The notes: a model not told the origin generated them from the letters alone. Shown: positions 19,413 through 29,105, counted from the first letter of the stretch. The stretch: DNA of 64,000 nt from Alphaproteobacteria bacterium (GCA_965214705.1 OZ243972.1:96001-160000), one strand, 5' to 3'. Numbers and translations are program-made.

Positions 19413-20594
19413 ATGTGTGGACCGGCTCGCATCGCGCTCATGTGCGCGCTGGCGCTGCTCCTCGCTTGCGGCGCCACGCGGGCGGACTCGGTGTTCACCG
19501 TCGCGCACGTTCCCGTCGACGCCGAAGCCGCATCGGCAGCGGAGGCGCGCGAGCTCGCCATCGCCGCCGGCCAGCGCGCCGCGTTGGACACTCTCTTGCG
19601 TCGGCTCACGGTCATGGGAACGGACCTGCCCCCACCGCCCGACAACATTATTGCGACGATGGTGGCAGGCTTCGCCATCGACCGCGAGCTGGTCTCGACC
19701 ACCCGCTACCGCGCGTCGCTGACCGTGGACTTCGATCCGGCCGAGGTGCGCCGCCTGCTGCGCGAGAACGGCATCGCGTACGCCGAGACCCTGAGCAAGC
19801 CAGTGCTGGTGGTGGCGGTTCAGCGCGACCCCGGCGGTATCCTGCTGTGGGAGGACGGCAATCGCTGGCGCCGGGCGTGGGAGGAGCGCCCGCCGCACGG
19901 CGGCCTGGTGCCGATCCTTCTGCCGCTCGGCGATGTCATCGATCTCGGCACGGTGGACGCCGCGCGGGCGTTGGCGTCGGATGCCGAAGCGCTCACCGCG
20001 CTCGCCGCGCTCTACGGCACCAGCGAAGTCGCGGTCGCCGTCGCCGGCCTTGCCGGCTCCGCTGCCGTGGCAAAACCGTCTGCGCCTGCGGCGGAGAACG
20101 CTAGCGGCGATGCCCCGGCCGCGGGCCGCGCCCTCACGCTCTCGCTGCTCAGGATCGCGGCCGAAGAGAGCCGGGCCGTCCAGAAAACACTGATCGGCCG
20201 CGAGGGGGAGAGCGAACGGGCGCTGCTCAAGCGCGGCACCGACAGAGTCATCACCCTGCTGGAGGATGACTGGAAGGCCGCCAACCTGATTCGCTACGAC
20301 GAGCAGCGGGTGCTCCGGGCGAGGGTGCCGATCGCGAGCCTCGGCGAATGGGTGTCGATCCAGCGGCGCCTCGCGACGCTTGCCATGGTCGCATCGGTCG
20401 AGATCGACTCGCTCTCGCGGAGCGAAGGCAGGCTCACCCTCCACTATCATGGTACGGAGGACCAGCTCCGCCTTGCCCTCGGCCAGGACGACCTCGATCT
20501 CGCGCCCGAGGAAGATGGCTGGTGGCTGCGTGGTCGCGCCACATCCCCGGAGCCGGTGGAACCCGACACGCCCGTTCCGGATGAGGGCGAGTGA
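19413..20594 (+). CDS. DUF2066-family exported protein
   Basis: Signal peptide, then VFTVAHVPVDAEAASAAEARELAI; conserved position divergent from pur and upstream of hdaA. Confidence 0.75.
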   Translation: MCGPARIALMCALALLLACGATRADSVFTVAHVPVDAEAASAAEARELAIAAGQRAALDTLLRRLTVMGTDLPPPPDNIIATMVAGFAIDRELVSTTRYRASLTVDFDPAEVRRLLRENGIAYAETLSKPVLVVAVQRDPGGILLWEDGNRWRRAWEERPPHGGLVPILLPLGDVIDLGTVDAARALASDAEALTALAALYGTSEVAVAVAGLAGSAAVAKPSAPAAENASGDAPAAGRALTLSLLRIAAEESRAVQKTLIGREGESERALLKRGTDRVITLLEDDWKAANLIRYDEQRVLRARVPIASLGEWVSIQRRLATLAMVASVEIDSLSRSEGRLTLHYHGTEDQLRLALGQDDLDLAPEEDGWWLRGRATSPEPVEPDTPVPDEGE

Positions 20595-21307
20595 GGCACC
20601 GGATCATGGCCAAGGCGGACCTCGGGCGGCAGCGCACCTTCGACTGGGGCGTCCGACCGGCGCTTGGGCGGGAGGATTTTATGGTCGCGCCTTGCAACGA
20701 GGAGGCGGTCGCCTGGCTCGACCGCTGGCCGGACTGGCCGGGCCCCGCGCTCGTGATCCACGGTCCGCCGGGCTCGGGCAAGAGCCATCTCGCCGAGGTG
20801 TGGCGCAGGCCGACCGGCGCAGAAATCGTCCCGGCAGCCCGCCTTGCCGACGTCGTGCCCGATACCGGAAAAGTGCCGGCGCTGGTCATCGACGGGCTCG
20901 GCGGGCCGATCGACGAGCGCGCCCTCCTGCATACCTACAACGCTGTTGCCGAGCGGGGCGGCCATCTGCTGCTCACCGCCTCGGCCCCGCCGGCACGCTG
21001 GCCGCTCGCGCTCCCCGATCTCGCCTCCCGATTGAGGCTCGCCCCAGCGGTGGCGCTCGGCCTGCCGGACGATGCGCTGCTCGCAGCCCTCATGCTCAAG
21101 CTCTTCGGCGACCGGCAGATCACGGTGGCGCCCGAGGTGCCGGCCTATATCGTGCCCCGAATCGAGCGCACATTCGAGGCTGTGGCCCGCCTCGTCGAGC
21201 GCCTTGACCGCGCGGCGCTTGCCGAGGGCAGAGCGGTCACCGTGCCGCTCGTGCGCGCGGTGCTTGCGCTGGACGAAGGCGGAACCGAAGACCCGCAGCG
21301 CTTTTGA
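20591..21307 (+). CDS. hdaA: DnaA regulatory inactivator HdaA
   Basis: Clamp-binding-like QRTFDW, GPPGSGKSHL, LPDLASRL and RIERTF motifs. Confidence 0.85.
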   Translation: MRHRIMAKADLGRQRTFDWGVRPALGREDFMVAPCNEEAVAWLDRWPDWPGPALVIHGPPGSGKSHLAEVWRRPTGAEIVPAARLADVVPDTGKVPALVIDGLGGPIDERALLHTYNAVAERGGHLLLTASAPPARWPLALPDLASRLRLAPAVALGLPDDALLAALMLKLFGDRQITVAPEVPAYIVPRIERTFEAVARLVERLDRAALAEGRAVTVPLVRAVLALDEGGTEDPQRF

Positions 21308-21412
21308 TCTGCGGGACCGCCCCAGCCGGCGTATTTTTGTCACGCCACGGCAATGACCGTATTGTAAGAAGCTGCGAATCAAACCAAGTAGAGGGGACGC
21401 GGGAGCAGCCGA

Positions 21413-23575
21413 ATGGCGAGAGCCAAGCGGGCCACTGAGGCGCAAAGCTTCGCGCCGGCCGACAAGTTCATCAACCGTGAGCTGAGCTGGCTCGCCTTTA
21501 ACGAGCGGGTGATGGAAGAGGCCGAGAACCTCGACCATCCCGTGCTCGAGCGCCTGCGCTTCCTCTCGATTTCGGGATCGAACCTCGACGAGTTCTACAT
21601 GGTCCGCGTGGCCGGCCTGCACGGCCAGGTCGAGGCGGGCATCCTCGAATCGTCCCAGGACGGTCTGAGCCCCATTGCACAAATCCGCGCCGTCAACGAG
21701 CGCGCCAACGCGCTGATGGCGCAGCAGCAGGAGCGCTGGCTCGAACTCCGGGCGGAGCTGGCCGATGCGGGCATCGCAATCCTCTCGGCCGACCGGCTCA
21801 GGGAGGACGAACGGCGCTGGCTTGACGGCTACTTCATCGACCGCCTCTTCCCGGTGCTGACTCCCCTGGCCATCGATCCGGCGCACCCGTTCCCGTTCAT
21901 CCCGAATCTCGGCTTCAGCCTGGCACTGGAGCTGGTCGAGAAGGGCACCCGGCGCCTGGTCCCTTCGCTCGTGCGCGTCCCGAGCCAGTTGGAGCGCTTC
22001 ATCCGCCTGCCCGAGGGCGAGCGGGGCGAAATCCGCTTCATCGCGCTGGAGGACGTGGTGGAGCTCTACCTCGACCGGCTGTTCCCCGGTTTCGCCCCGA
22101 GCGCGGTGGGGCGCTTCCGGGTGGTCCGGGACAGCGACATCGAGTTGGAGGAAGAGGCCGAGGACCTGGTGCGCTCGTTCGAGAGCGCGCTCAAGCGGCG
22201 CCGGCGCGGCAGCGTCATCCGGCTTGAGGTGGACTCCACAATGCCCTTGAGCATGCTGGACTTCCTCGCCGACCAGCTTCACGTCGACCGGCGCGACGTG
22301 GTCAAGGTCGAAGGGATTCTGGGGCTTGCGGACACGGCCATGCTCATCAAGTGCGGCCGGGCCGACCTCGAGTTCACGCCCTACCGCGCGCGCTTCCCGG
22401 AGCGAATCAGGGACTTTGGCGGCGATTGCTTCGCCGCGATCAAGGCCAAGGACATCGTCGTCCACCACCCCTACGAGAGCTTCGACGTCGTCGTCCAGTT
22501 CCTGCGCCAGGCAGCGCGGGACCCGGACGTGATCGCGATCAAGCAGACGCTCTACCGCACCAGCAACGATTCGCCCATCGTCAACGCGCTGATCGAGGCG
22601 GCGGAGGCAGGCAAGTCGGTCACCGCGCTGGTCGAGCTCAAGGCGCGCTTCGATGAAGCCGCGAACATCCGTTGGGCGCGCGACCTGGAGCGCGCCGGCG
22701 CCCAGGTGGTCTACGGCTTCATGGACCTCAAGACCCACGCCAAGGCCTCGCTGGTGGCCCGCCGCGAGGCTGACGGCCTGCGCAGCTACGTGCACTACGG
22801 CACCGGCAACTATCACCCGATCACCGCCGCGATCTACACAGACCTTTCGTTCTTCACCTGCGATCCGGCGCTCTGCCGCGACGCGGCGCTGCTCTTCAAT
22901 TACCTGACGGGGGGAGCCGCACCCGAGCGCTACGAGAAGATTGCGGTGGCGCCGCTCGGCTTGCGTACTGCGATCGATGAGTTGATCGAAGAGGAGATCG
23001 CCCATGCCCACGCCGGCCGGCCGGCGGCGATCTGGTTGAAGCTCAACTCCCTGGTCGACCCCGACGTGATCGAGGCGCTCTATGCCGCCGCCGCTGCCGG
23101 AGTCTCCATCGATATGGTGGTGCGCGGCATCTGCTGCCTGAGGCCGGGCGTGCCGGGCCTCTCGGAGAACATCCGGGTGAAGAGCATCGTCGGACGCTTC
23201 CTCGAACACTCCCGAATCATGTGCTTCGGCGCAGGCCACGGCCTGCCGTCGCCCCAGGCCAAGGTGTACATCTCGTCCGCCGACTGGATGGGGCGCAATC
23301 TGGACCGACGAGTGGAAATGATGGTGCCGATCGAGAACCCGACGGTACACGAGCAGATTCTCGATCAAATCATGACCGCGAACTTCAGGGACAACGAACA
23401 AAGCTGGACGCTGGACGCTGACGGCGCCTTCTCTCGCTTGGCGCCCGACGGCGAGCCCTTCAACGCCCATCGCTTCTTCATGACCAACCCGTCGCTCTCC
23501 GGGCGCGGCACGGCACGGCGCGAGCCGCGGCTTGCGGTCGCAGGCGACGACGGCGGCGAACCGCACGACGGGTGA
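21413..23575 (+). CDS. ppk1: Polyphosphate kinase 1
   Basis: [30 protein letters not shown] and [10 protein letters not shown] motifs. Confidence 0.96.
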   Translation: MARAKRATEAQSFAPADKFINRELSWLAFNERVMEEAENLDHPVLERLRFLSISGSNLDEFYMVRVAGLHGQVEAGILESSQDGLSPIAQIRAVNERANALMAQQQERWLELRAELADAGIAILSADRLREDERRWLDGYFIDRLFPVLTPLAIDPAHPFPFIPNLGFSLALELVEKGTRRLVPSLVRVPSQLERFIRLPEGERGEIRFIALEDVVELYLDRLFPGFAPSAVGRFRVVRDSDIELEEEAEDLVRSFESALKRRRRGSVIRLEVDSTMPLSMLDFLADQLHVDRRDVVKVEGILGLADTAMLIKCGRADLEFTPYRARFPERIRDFGGDCFAAIKAKDIVVHHPYESFDVVVQFLRQAARDPDVIAIKQTLYRTSNDSPIVNALIEAAEAGKSVTALVELKARFDEAANIRWARDLERAGAQVVYGFMDLKTHAKASLVARREADGLRSYVHYGTGNYHPITAAIYTDLSFFTCDPALCRDAALLFNYLTGGAAPERYEKIAVAPLGLRTAIDELIEEEIAHAHAGRPAAIWLKLNSLVDPDVIEALYAAAAAGVSIDMVVRGICCLRPGVPGLSENIRVKSIVGRFLEHSRIMCFGAGHGLPSPQAKVYISSADWMGRNLDRRVEMMVPIENPTVHEQILDQIMTANFRDNEQSWTLDADGAFSRLAPDGEPFNAHRFFMTNPSLSGRGTARREPRLAVAGDDGGEPHDG

Positions 23576-25122
23576 CGGAGCAGCTGGCGGAGACCCGCCT
23601 CGTGGCCGACGCGGCGACGCTTCCGGTCGGAGACGAGCGTCTCCCCGCCGCGGCCGCGGTGGATGCGCCTTACGGCGTGCTCGATGTCGGCTCCAACTCG
23701 ATTCGCCTCGTGGTGTTCGAGGGGCTCACGCGGGCGCCGGCACCGGTCTTCAATGAGCGTGAGCTGTGCGGTCTCGGCGCGACCCTGGCCGAGACCGGGA
23801 CGCTCGCGCCGGACGCGGTGGAGCCCGCGCTCGATGCCCTGCGCCGCTTCGCCGCCGCAGCGGAGGCACTCGGCGTCGGCCCGCTCGACGCGGTGACCAC
23901 GGCGGCGGTCCGCGAAGCCAGCGACGGCGAACGGTTCCGCAAGGCGGTGAGCCGCGAGACCGGCTTCTCGCTCCGCGTCCTCTCGGGCGAGGAGGAGGCC
24001 CGCTACGCCGCGCTCGGCGTGGTTTCGGCCTTCCCCGGTGCGAACGGGCTGATGGCGGACCTGGGCGGCGGCAGCCTTGAGCTGGTTCGCCTGGAGCACG
24101 GGCGGCTCGCCGAGCACGCGACGCTGCCTTTGGGCGTGCTCCGTCTGGGCAGCCTGCCGCCAAGCCGCCGCGCCGCGCTGGCGGCCGAGCGGCTCAAGGC
24201 GCTGCCCTGGCTCGATCGGGTGCGGGGCGCGCCGGTCTATCTCGTGGGCGGTGCGTGGCGGGCGCTGGCCCGTCTCCGCATGGCTTCCGAGCGGCACCCC
24301 ATCCCGGTCGTGCATCACTACCGCATGACGCCGGCCGAGGGGCGGGAGGCCACCAAGGAGCTCGCTGCCGTCGATCCCGCCACGCTGCGACCGGGGCCGG
24401 AGGGAATGTTGCCCCGGCGGCTCGCGACCGTGCCGAGCGGCGCGTCTGCGCTCAAGGCGTTGCTGAAGGTCGCCGCGCCGGGCGAGGTCCTGTTCTCCGC
24501 CTTCGGCCTGCGCGAGGGCCTGCTGTTCGACAGGCTGCCCGCAGCGGTGCGGACGCAGGATCCCCTGCACGATGCCTGCCGTTCGATCGCCCGGCGGGAC
24601 GGCCGCTCGCTGGTCTATGCCGAGGCCCTCGCTTCCTGGCTGGGCCGCTCGACGCTCCCGGCGCTCGCCCGGCATCGGGAGATGCTGCCTGCGGCGGCGT
24701 TTCTCTCCGAGATCGCCTGGCGTCAGCATCCCGACCTGCGCGCGGCCGATGCGTTCGCGCGGATCTCGCGCGCCCCCTTCGTCGGTATCGATCACGCGGG
24801 CCGCGTGTTCCTGGCGCTCGCGGTGGCCACCCGCTACAAGTCGCGCCTTCCGGTCGCGGCAAGCCGGACGGTGAACCGGCTGTTGCCGCCGCCGGTGCGC
24901 GCCGAGGCCCGGGCGCTCGGGCTTGCGCTCAGGCTGGCGGAGCGGCTCTCCATCGGGGAGCCGGCGGTGCTCGACGGCTCCCAGGTCGCGGCCGAGGACG
25001 GACATCTGGTGCTGCGGCTCGCGCCCGAGCACCGGCCGCTCGCGTCGGGCAAGGCGCGCACGGCGGCAGACGCGCTCGCGCGCGCGCTCGGCAGCAAGCT
25101 CTCCTTCGAGACCAACGCCTAA
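23572..25122 (+). CDS. ppx: Ppx/GppA exopolyphosphatase
   Basis: [24 protein letters not shown] and FGLREG motifs. Confidence 0.93.
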   Translation: MTEQLAETRLVADAATLPVGDERLPAAAAVDAPYGVLDVGSNSIRLVVFEGLTRAPAPVFNERELCGLGATLAETGTLAPDAVEPALDALRRFAAAAEALGVGPLDAVTTAAVREASDGERFRKAVSRETGFSLRVLSGEEEARYAALGVVSAFPGANGLMADLGGGSLELVRLEHGRLAEHATLPLGVLRLGSLPPSRRAALAAERLKALPWLDRVRGAPVYLVGGAWRALARLRMASERHPIPVVHHYRMTPAEGREATKELAAVDPATLRPGPEGMLPRRLATVPSGASALKALLKVAAPGEVLFSAFGLREGLLFDRLPAAVRTQDPLHDACRSIARRDGRSLVYAEALASWLGRSTLPALARHREMLPAAAFLSEIAWRQHPDLRAADAFARISRAPFVGIDHAGRVFLALAVATRYKSRLPVAASRTVNRLLPPPVRAEARALGLALRLAERLSIGEPAVLDGSQVAAEDGHLVLRLAPEHRPLASGKARTAADALARALGSKLSFETNA

Positions 25123-25197
25123 CCCGCGTTTCTCGCCAGGGTCGCGTCCCACGCGGCCTCGCCCGTTCCCCGGTGGGACAGGCAAACAATAATTTCA

Positions 25198-25381
25198 TGC
25201 GGGACGAGCCGGGATCATGCGGGATTCCCGGCGACAACCGCTCGCCGAGATGGTGTTCGATGGGACAGCAGCCGGGCACATCCAACTTGCTGTCCACACC
25301 TGCCACGACCCGCCCGCGCCTGCTCATCATGGCGCCATCGTGACGCGCCCGCCGCGCGCCGTGCAGCGCACCATGGTCCGG
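25198..25381. mobile_element. Miniature gene-less relative of the DUF3486 locus
   Basis: Carries 10-bp-phased units TGCGGGACGA/GCCGGGATCA/TGCGGGATTC and the 21-mer GTGCAGCGCACCATGGTCCGG, shared (20/21) with 28724-28744. Confidence 0.55.
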
Positions 25382-25478
25382 AGCGTCGGGCGTGCCCGGT
25401 CGCTGTCCCGAGCGCTCTCAGGTGAGGTGGTCTTGCGCGCGCTCTCGCGCTATGAGGAGTCTTGCGGCTGGCGCATGT

Positions 25479-25563
25479 GCGGGCGTGGCGGAAGTGGTAG
25501 ACGCGCGGGTCTCAAAAACCCGTTCCTTCGGGAGTGTGAGTTCGAGTCTCACCGCCCGCACCA
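25479..25563 (+). tRNA. tRNA-Leu(CAA)
   Basis: GCGGGCG acceptor stem, anticodon arm CGGGT-CTCAAAA-ACCCG, long variable arm, GTTCGAG T-loop, encoded CCA. Confidence 0.95.
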
Positions 25564-25569
25564 GCCGAC

Positions 25570-26877
25570 TTAACAATCCAACGTATTGCTGCGCTCCCAG
25601 TCGGAGATCGTGCCGGCGTATTCGTTCCACTCGTTGGTCTTGAGCTTGACGTAGCTCTTGACGAAGCTCTCGCCGAAGCCCGCGCGCAGCACCTTGTCCT
25701 TCTCGAACAGCCGGAGCGCGTCCAGCAGATTGAGCGGCAGCTTGCGCGCGCCGCGCAGCTTGTGGCCCTCGGCATAGAGGTTGAGGTCGGTGCGCTGGCC
25801 TGGGTCGAGCTGGTTCTCGATGCCGTCGAGCCCGGCGACGACCACGCCCGCCTGCAGCAGGTAGGGGTTGGACGCGCCGTCCATCAGCCGCAGCTCGAAG
25901 CGCCCCGCGTCCGGGATGCGCACCATGGTCGAGCGGTTGTTGCCGCCGTAGGCCACCTGGTTGGGCGACCACGTGGCGCCCGAGAGCGTGACCGGCGCGT
26001 TGATCCGCTTGTAGCTGTTCACGGTCGGGTTCCAGATCGCGCAGAGGGCCGGCGCCCGCTGCAGGACGCCGCCCAGGAACTGGTAGCCCAGCTTGGAGAT
26101 GCCGAGCTCGCCCTTGGCGTCGTGGAACAGGTTCTTCTTGCCGGAGTTGTTCCAGACCGAGACATGGGCGTGGCAGCCGTTGCCCGTGAGGTTGGAGAAG
26201 GGCTTCGGCATGAAGGTCGCGCGCAGCCCGTGCTTCTCGGCCAGCGACTTCACCATGTACTTGAAGAAGACGTGGCGGTCGGCGGTGACCAGCGCGTCGT
26301 CGTAGTCCCAGTTCATCTCGAACTGGCCGTTCGCGTCCTCGTGGTCGTTCTGATAGGGCCCCCAGCCGAGGCTCAGCATGGCGTCGCAGATCTCGGAGAC
26401 CACGTCGTAGCGGCGCATGAGCGCCGCCTGGTCGTAGCAGGGCTTGGCCTGGGTATCGAGCGGGTCGGAGATCGCGGTGCCGTCCGCGCTCACGATGAAG
26501 TATTCCGCCTCGACCCCGGTCTTGACCCGGTAGCCCTGCTTCTTTGCCTCGGCCAGCTTGCTCTTGAGCTTGAGCCGGGGCGTGTCGGGCATGGGCTCGT
26601 CGTTCATCCAGCAATCGCCGGCGAGCCAGCCGACCTCGGGCTTCCACGGCAGCTGGATCAGGCTCGCGGGATCGGGCTTCACCAGCATGTCGGGCTCGGC
26701 CGGCGTCGAATCGAGCCAGGCGGCGAAGGCGGCGAAGCCCGCGCCGTCCTCCTGCATGCCAGCGATCGCCTCGGCCGGCACGAGCTTGGCCCGCAGCACC
26801 CCGAACAGGTCCACGAAGCTGATCAGGAAATAGCGAATCTTCTTCTGTTTCGCGGCCTGAGCCAGGTCCACGGCCAT
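25570..26877 (-). CDS. glnT: Type III glutamate-ammonia ligase (GlnT / gamma-glutamylmethylamide synthetase-like)
   Basis: RYFLISFVDLFGVLRAKLVP, KPCYDQAALMRRY, DHEDANGQFEMNW and FMPKPF motifs; ATG at 26877. Confidence 0.88.
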   Translation of the reverse strand: MAVDLAQAAKQKKIRYFLISFVDLFGVLRAKLVPAEAIAGMQEDGAGFAAFAAWLDSTPAEPDMLVKPDPASLIQLPWKPEVGWLAGDCWMNDEPMPDTPRLKLKSKLAEAKKQGYRVKTGVEAEYFIVSADGTAISDPLDTQAKPCYDQAALMRRYDVVSEICDAMLSLGWGPYQNDHEDANGQFEMNWDYDDALVTADRHVFFKYMVKSLAEKHGLRATFMPKPFSNLTGNGCHAHVSVWNNSGKKNLFHDAKGELGISKLGYQFLGGVLQRAPALCAIWNPTVNSYKRINAPVTLSGATWSPNQVAYGGNNRSTMVRIPDAGRFELRLMDGASNPYLLQAGVVVAGLDGIENQLDPGQRTDLNLYAEGHKLRGARKLPLNLLDALRLFEKDKVLRAGFGESFVKSYVKLKTNEWNEYAGTISDWERSNTLDC

Positions 26878-26918
26878 CAATCCATACTCCCTTGTCTCGG
26901 ATTCGGGCGGGCGGGCCG

Positions 26919-27629
26919 CTACCAGGGCAGCTCCCTGCCGTCGTACTGATAGAAGCAGCCGGTCTGGCCGCTGCCGTAATTCGCCACCACCTGGCGGATG
27001 CCGGCGATGCTCTGCTCCTTGTTGACAGGGGCCTCGGGCCCGCCCATGTCCGTGCTCACCCAGCCGGGATGGACCGCGATGGTGCGCACCCCGCGCGGTG
27101 CGAGATCGATGGAGAGCCCTTTCACCACCAGATTGAGCGCCGCCTTGCTGGAGCGGTAGGGATAGAGGCCGCCGTCGGCGAGCTCGGTGATGCAGCCCAT
27201 GTACGTGGACATGAAGAACATCAGCTTCATGTCGCTCGCCGCGACGTGATCGACGAAGGCCTCGGCAACCCGGAGCGGCGCCATGGTGTTGATCTCGTGC
27301 AGCTGCATCCAGGCTTCGTAGTCGACCGAGCCGAAGGCGCCCGGCCCCATTGAGTCGATCGTGCAGCCCAGCAGGCCCGCGTTGTTGACCAGCATGTCGA
27401 TGGCCGTGCCGCGAAGCTCGTCCGCCAGCGCCTCGATCTGCGCGGGCTTGCCCACGTCGAGGGTGTGCAGCGTGATCGCGCCGTCCGACTGAGCGGCGAG
27501 CGCGGCGAGATCGGTGGCCGTCTCGGGCGCGCGGCAGCAGGCGTAGATGCGCCAGCCGTCGTCCAGGAATTGGCGCACCATTTCGAGGCCGAGCCCTCTG
27601 TTCGCACCGGTGACCAGCATCGACGGCAT
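26919..27629 (-). CDS. SDR oxidoreductase (C-factor/CsgA-like)
   Basis: TGANRGLG, NNAG, YRSSKAALN and HPGWVSTDMGG motifs. Confidence 0.9.
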   Translation of the reverse strand: MPSMLVTGANRGLGLEMVRQFLDDGWRIYACCRAPETATDLAALAAQSDGAITLHTLDVGKPAQIEALADELRGTAIDMLVNNAGLLGCTIDSMGPGAFGSVDYEAWMQLHEINTMAPLRVAEAFVDHVAASDMKLMFFMSTYMGCITELADGGLYPYRSSKAALNLVVKGLSIDLAPRGVRTIAVHPGWVSTDMGGPEAPVNKEQSIAGIRQVVANYGSGQTGCFYQYDGRELPW

Positions 27630-27732
27630 GGCTCAATCCCTCCCTTGTCCCTGAGCGGCGGCAGAATAGCGGACCCCGCCCCGCCGACAAGAGCGAAGCC
27701 TTGCGGGTGCAGCCTTACGGGCGAAGCCCCAC

Positions 27733-27874
27733 CGCGCGCGGCAGCGGACACGGAGTTTGCCACAATGGGGACCGGGCTGCGCAGCAGCCCGGAGCGCGCG
27801 ACCGCGCGCCGCGCCGAAGGCACGTAAGCCAAGCGAACGGAGTTCGCGCCCGGCGACTGAGGGGAATCAATAAA
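27733..27874. repeat. Multi-hairpin repeat, family A copy 1 (3' side of the DUF3486 gene)
   Basis: Aligns in direct orientation with 28820-28960. Confidence 0.85.
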
Positions 27875-27885
27875 GCACCCGCGCC

Positions 27886-28692
27886 TCACTCCGGCCCGAG
27901 TGACAGGATCGATGTGGGGCTGGTGCGAAACACCCGCGGAGCGATTTCCGTCCAGGATTCATAGCGATGATCCGGGCTCAAGTGGGATTCGCCGGGATCA
28001 GGTGGGATTGCGTGAGATTCGTCGGGATTGACCGGGACTGCGGGGAACTCTGCGGGATTCCACGGGTCCACCGGCACCGACGTGACGGTGCGGGGAGCAG
28101 GCGGGGGCGGCGGGGGCCTGCCCTCCACCTCCGCGCGGATGATGGCGACCGCCTCCGGCGAGAGCCCGCCCTGATCCTTGGGCTGGCCGGCGCGTGCCGC
28201 CTTCTTCGCCGCCCGCTCCCGGTCTTTGCGGAGCTTGTCGGTGCCTTCGATGCGCTTGAGGGTGAGGGCGAGGCGGGCGAGCTCCTCCGTCGACACGGGC
28301 TCTTCCCGCGCGCTGAGACGAGCCATGGTGGCGAGCGCCATCGTCCGCAGGGTCTCGATCAGGATGAGTCCCGCCTGGCCCTCCGGCCGTTCGCCCAGCG
28401 CGTCCACCCACGCCTTGATGGTGCGGTCGGTCTCCTGCTGCTGGCGGATCAGGTCGCGCTCGTTCTTGGCGTAGCGGCCGACGGCCGAGCGCGAGCATGT
28501 CTCGCCCTCGGCCCGGATGCGGGCGGTGATCTGGTCGATGGTGGCGCCGTCCGCGATGGCCTGATCGACGGCCTCGCGCAGCTTGGCCGGCAGGCGGTCG
28601 ATGGAGGAGCGGCCGAACGTCCCGGCCGTTGTGCTCTTGGGGGGTTCAATTTGCATGGCGTGGCTGTGCTCGCGGGTGGTGTTGTGGCTCAT
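27886..28692 (-). CDS. DUF3486 / phage Mu gp27-family protein (probable terminase small-subunit homolog) with Pro-rich C-terminal extension
   Basis: RSSIDRLPAKLREAVD...ATIDQI...SRSAVGRY and C-terminal GLSPEAVAIIRAEVEG are characteristic of Mu gp27-like proteins. Alternative ATG 28656. Confidence 0.8.
   Translation of the reverse strand: MSHNTTREHSHAMQIEPPKSTTAGTFGRSSIDRLPAKLREAVDQAIADGATIDQITARIRAEGETCSRSAVGRYAKNERDLIRQQQETDRTIKAWVDALGERPEGQAGLILIETLRTMALATMARLSAREEPVSTEELARLALTLKRIEGTDKLRKDRERAAKKAARAGQPKDQGGLSPEAVAIIRAEVEGRPPPPPPAPRTVTSVPVDPWNPAEFPAVPVNPDESHAIPPDPGESHLSPDHRYESWTEIAPRVFRTSPTSILSLGPE
27951..28070. repeat. 10-bp-period tandem array (consensus nnnGGGATTn) inside the DUF3486 gene 3' end
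   Basis: Consecutive decamers: tccaggattc atagcgatga tccgggctca agtgggattc gccgggatca ggtgggattg cgtgagattc gtcgggattg accgggactg cggggaactc tgcgggattc cacgggtcca. Confidence 0.9.
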
Positions 28693-28768
28693 CCGGCGAT
28701 GCTGCCCCACGCCGCCCCTCCCTGTGCACCGCACCATGGTCCGGTTTCTCTCCCCGGCAGCCAACGAA

Positions 28769-29056
28769 GCGTTTGCCCTGATGGGACCGGGCCGCGCAGC
28801 GGCCCGGTCGGCGCGACAGCGCCGCGCGGAAACAGACAGAGTGTTTGCCATGTGTGGAGCCAGGCTGCGGAGCAGCCTGGAGCGCACGACCGCGCGCCGC
28901 GCCGAAGGCGCGTAGGCAAGCGAACGGAGTGAGCGCCCGCCGTTGAGGGAAACGAAAAAGTGCGAGCGCCCGGCAATTGAGGGAAATGATTAGGTCAGGT
29001 CCGGAGCGCGCGACCGCGCGCCGCGCGCGCCTGGCGTCTGAGGGAAATGAATAAAC
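28769..29056. repeat. Cluster of family A repeats: full copy ~28820-28960 plus partial copies ~28769-28816, ~28961-28990 and ~29001-29056
   Basis: Recurrent GTTTGCC..hairpin, GGAGCGCRCGACCGCGCGCCGCGC and TGAGGGAAA motifs. Confidence 0.85.
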
Positions 29057-29105
29057 TAGCGCGCGCCGCCCGGCTTGCCTATGGTGCGGAATCGGTTCGC
29101 CGAGA

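Noticed and set aside
24929-25330. 133-aa ORF as a real gene
   Set aside because: It overlaps the ppx 3' end antisense and has no domain; treated as part of the miniature DUF3486-related remnant.
27733-29056. Family A repeats as a CRISPR array
   Set aside because: Copies are long, divergent and irregularly spaced, with no unique equal-length spacers and no cas genes.
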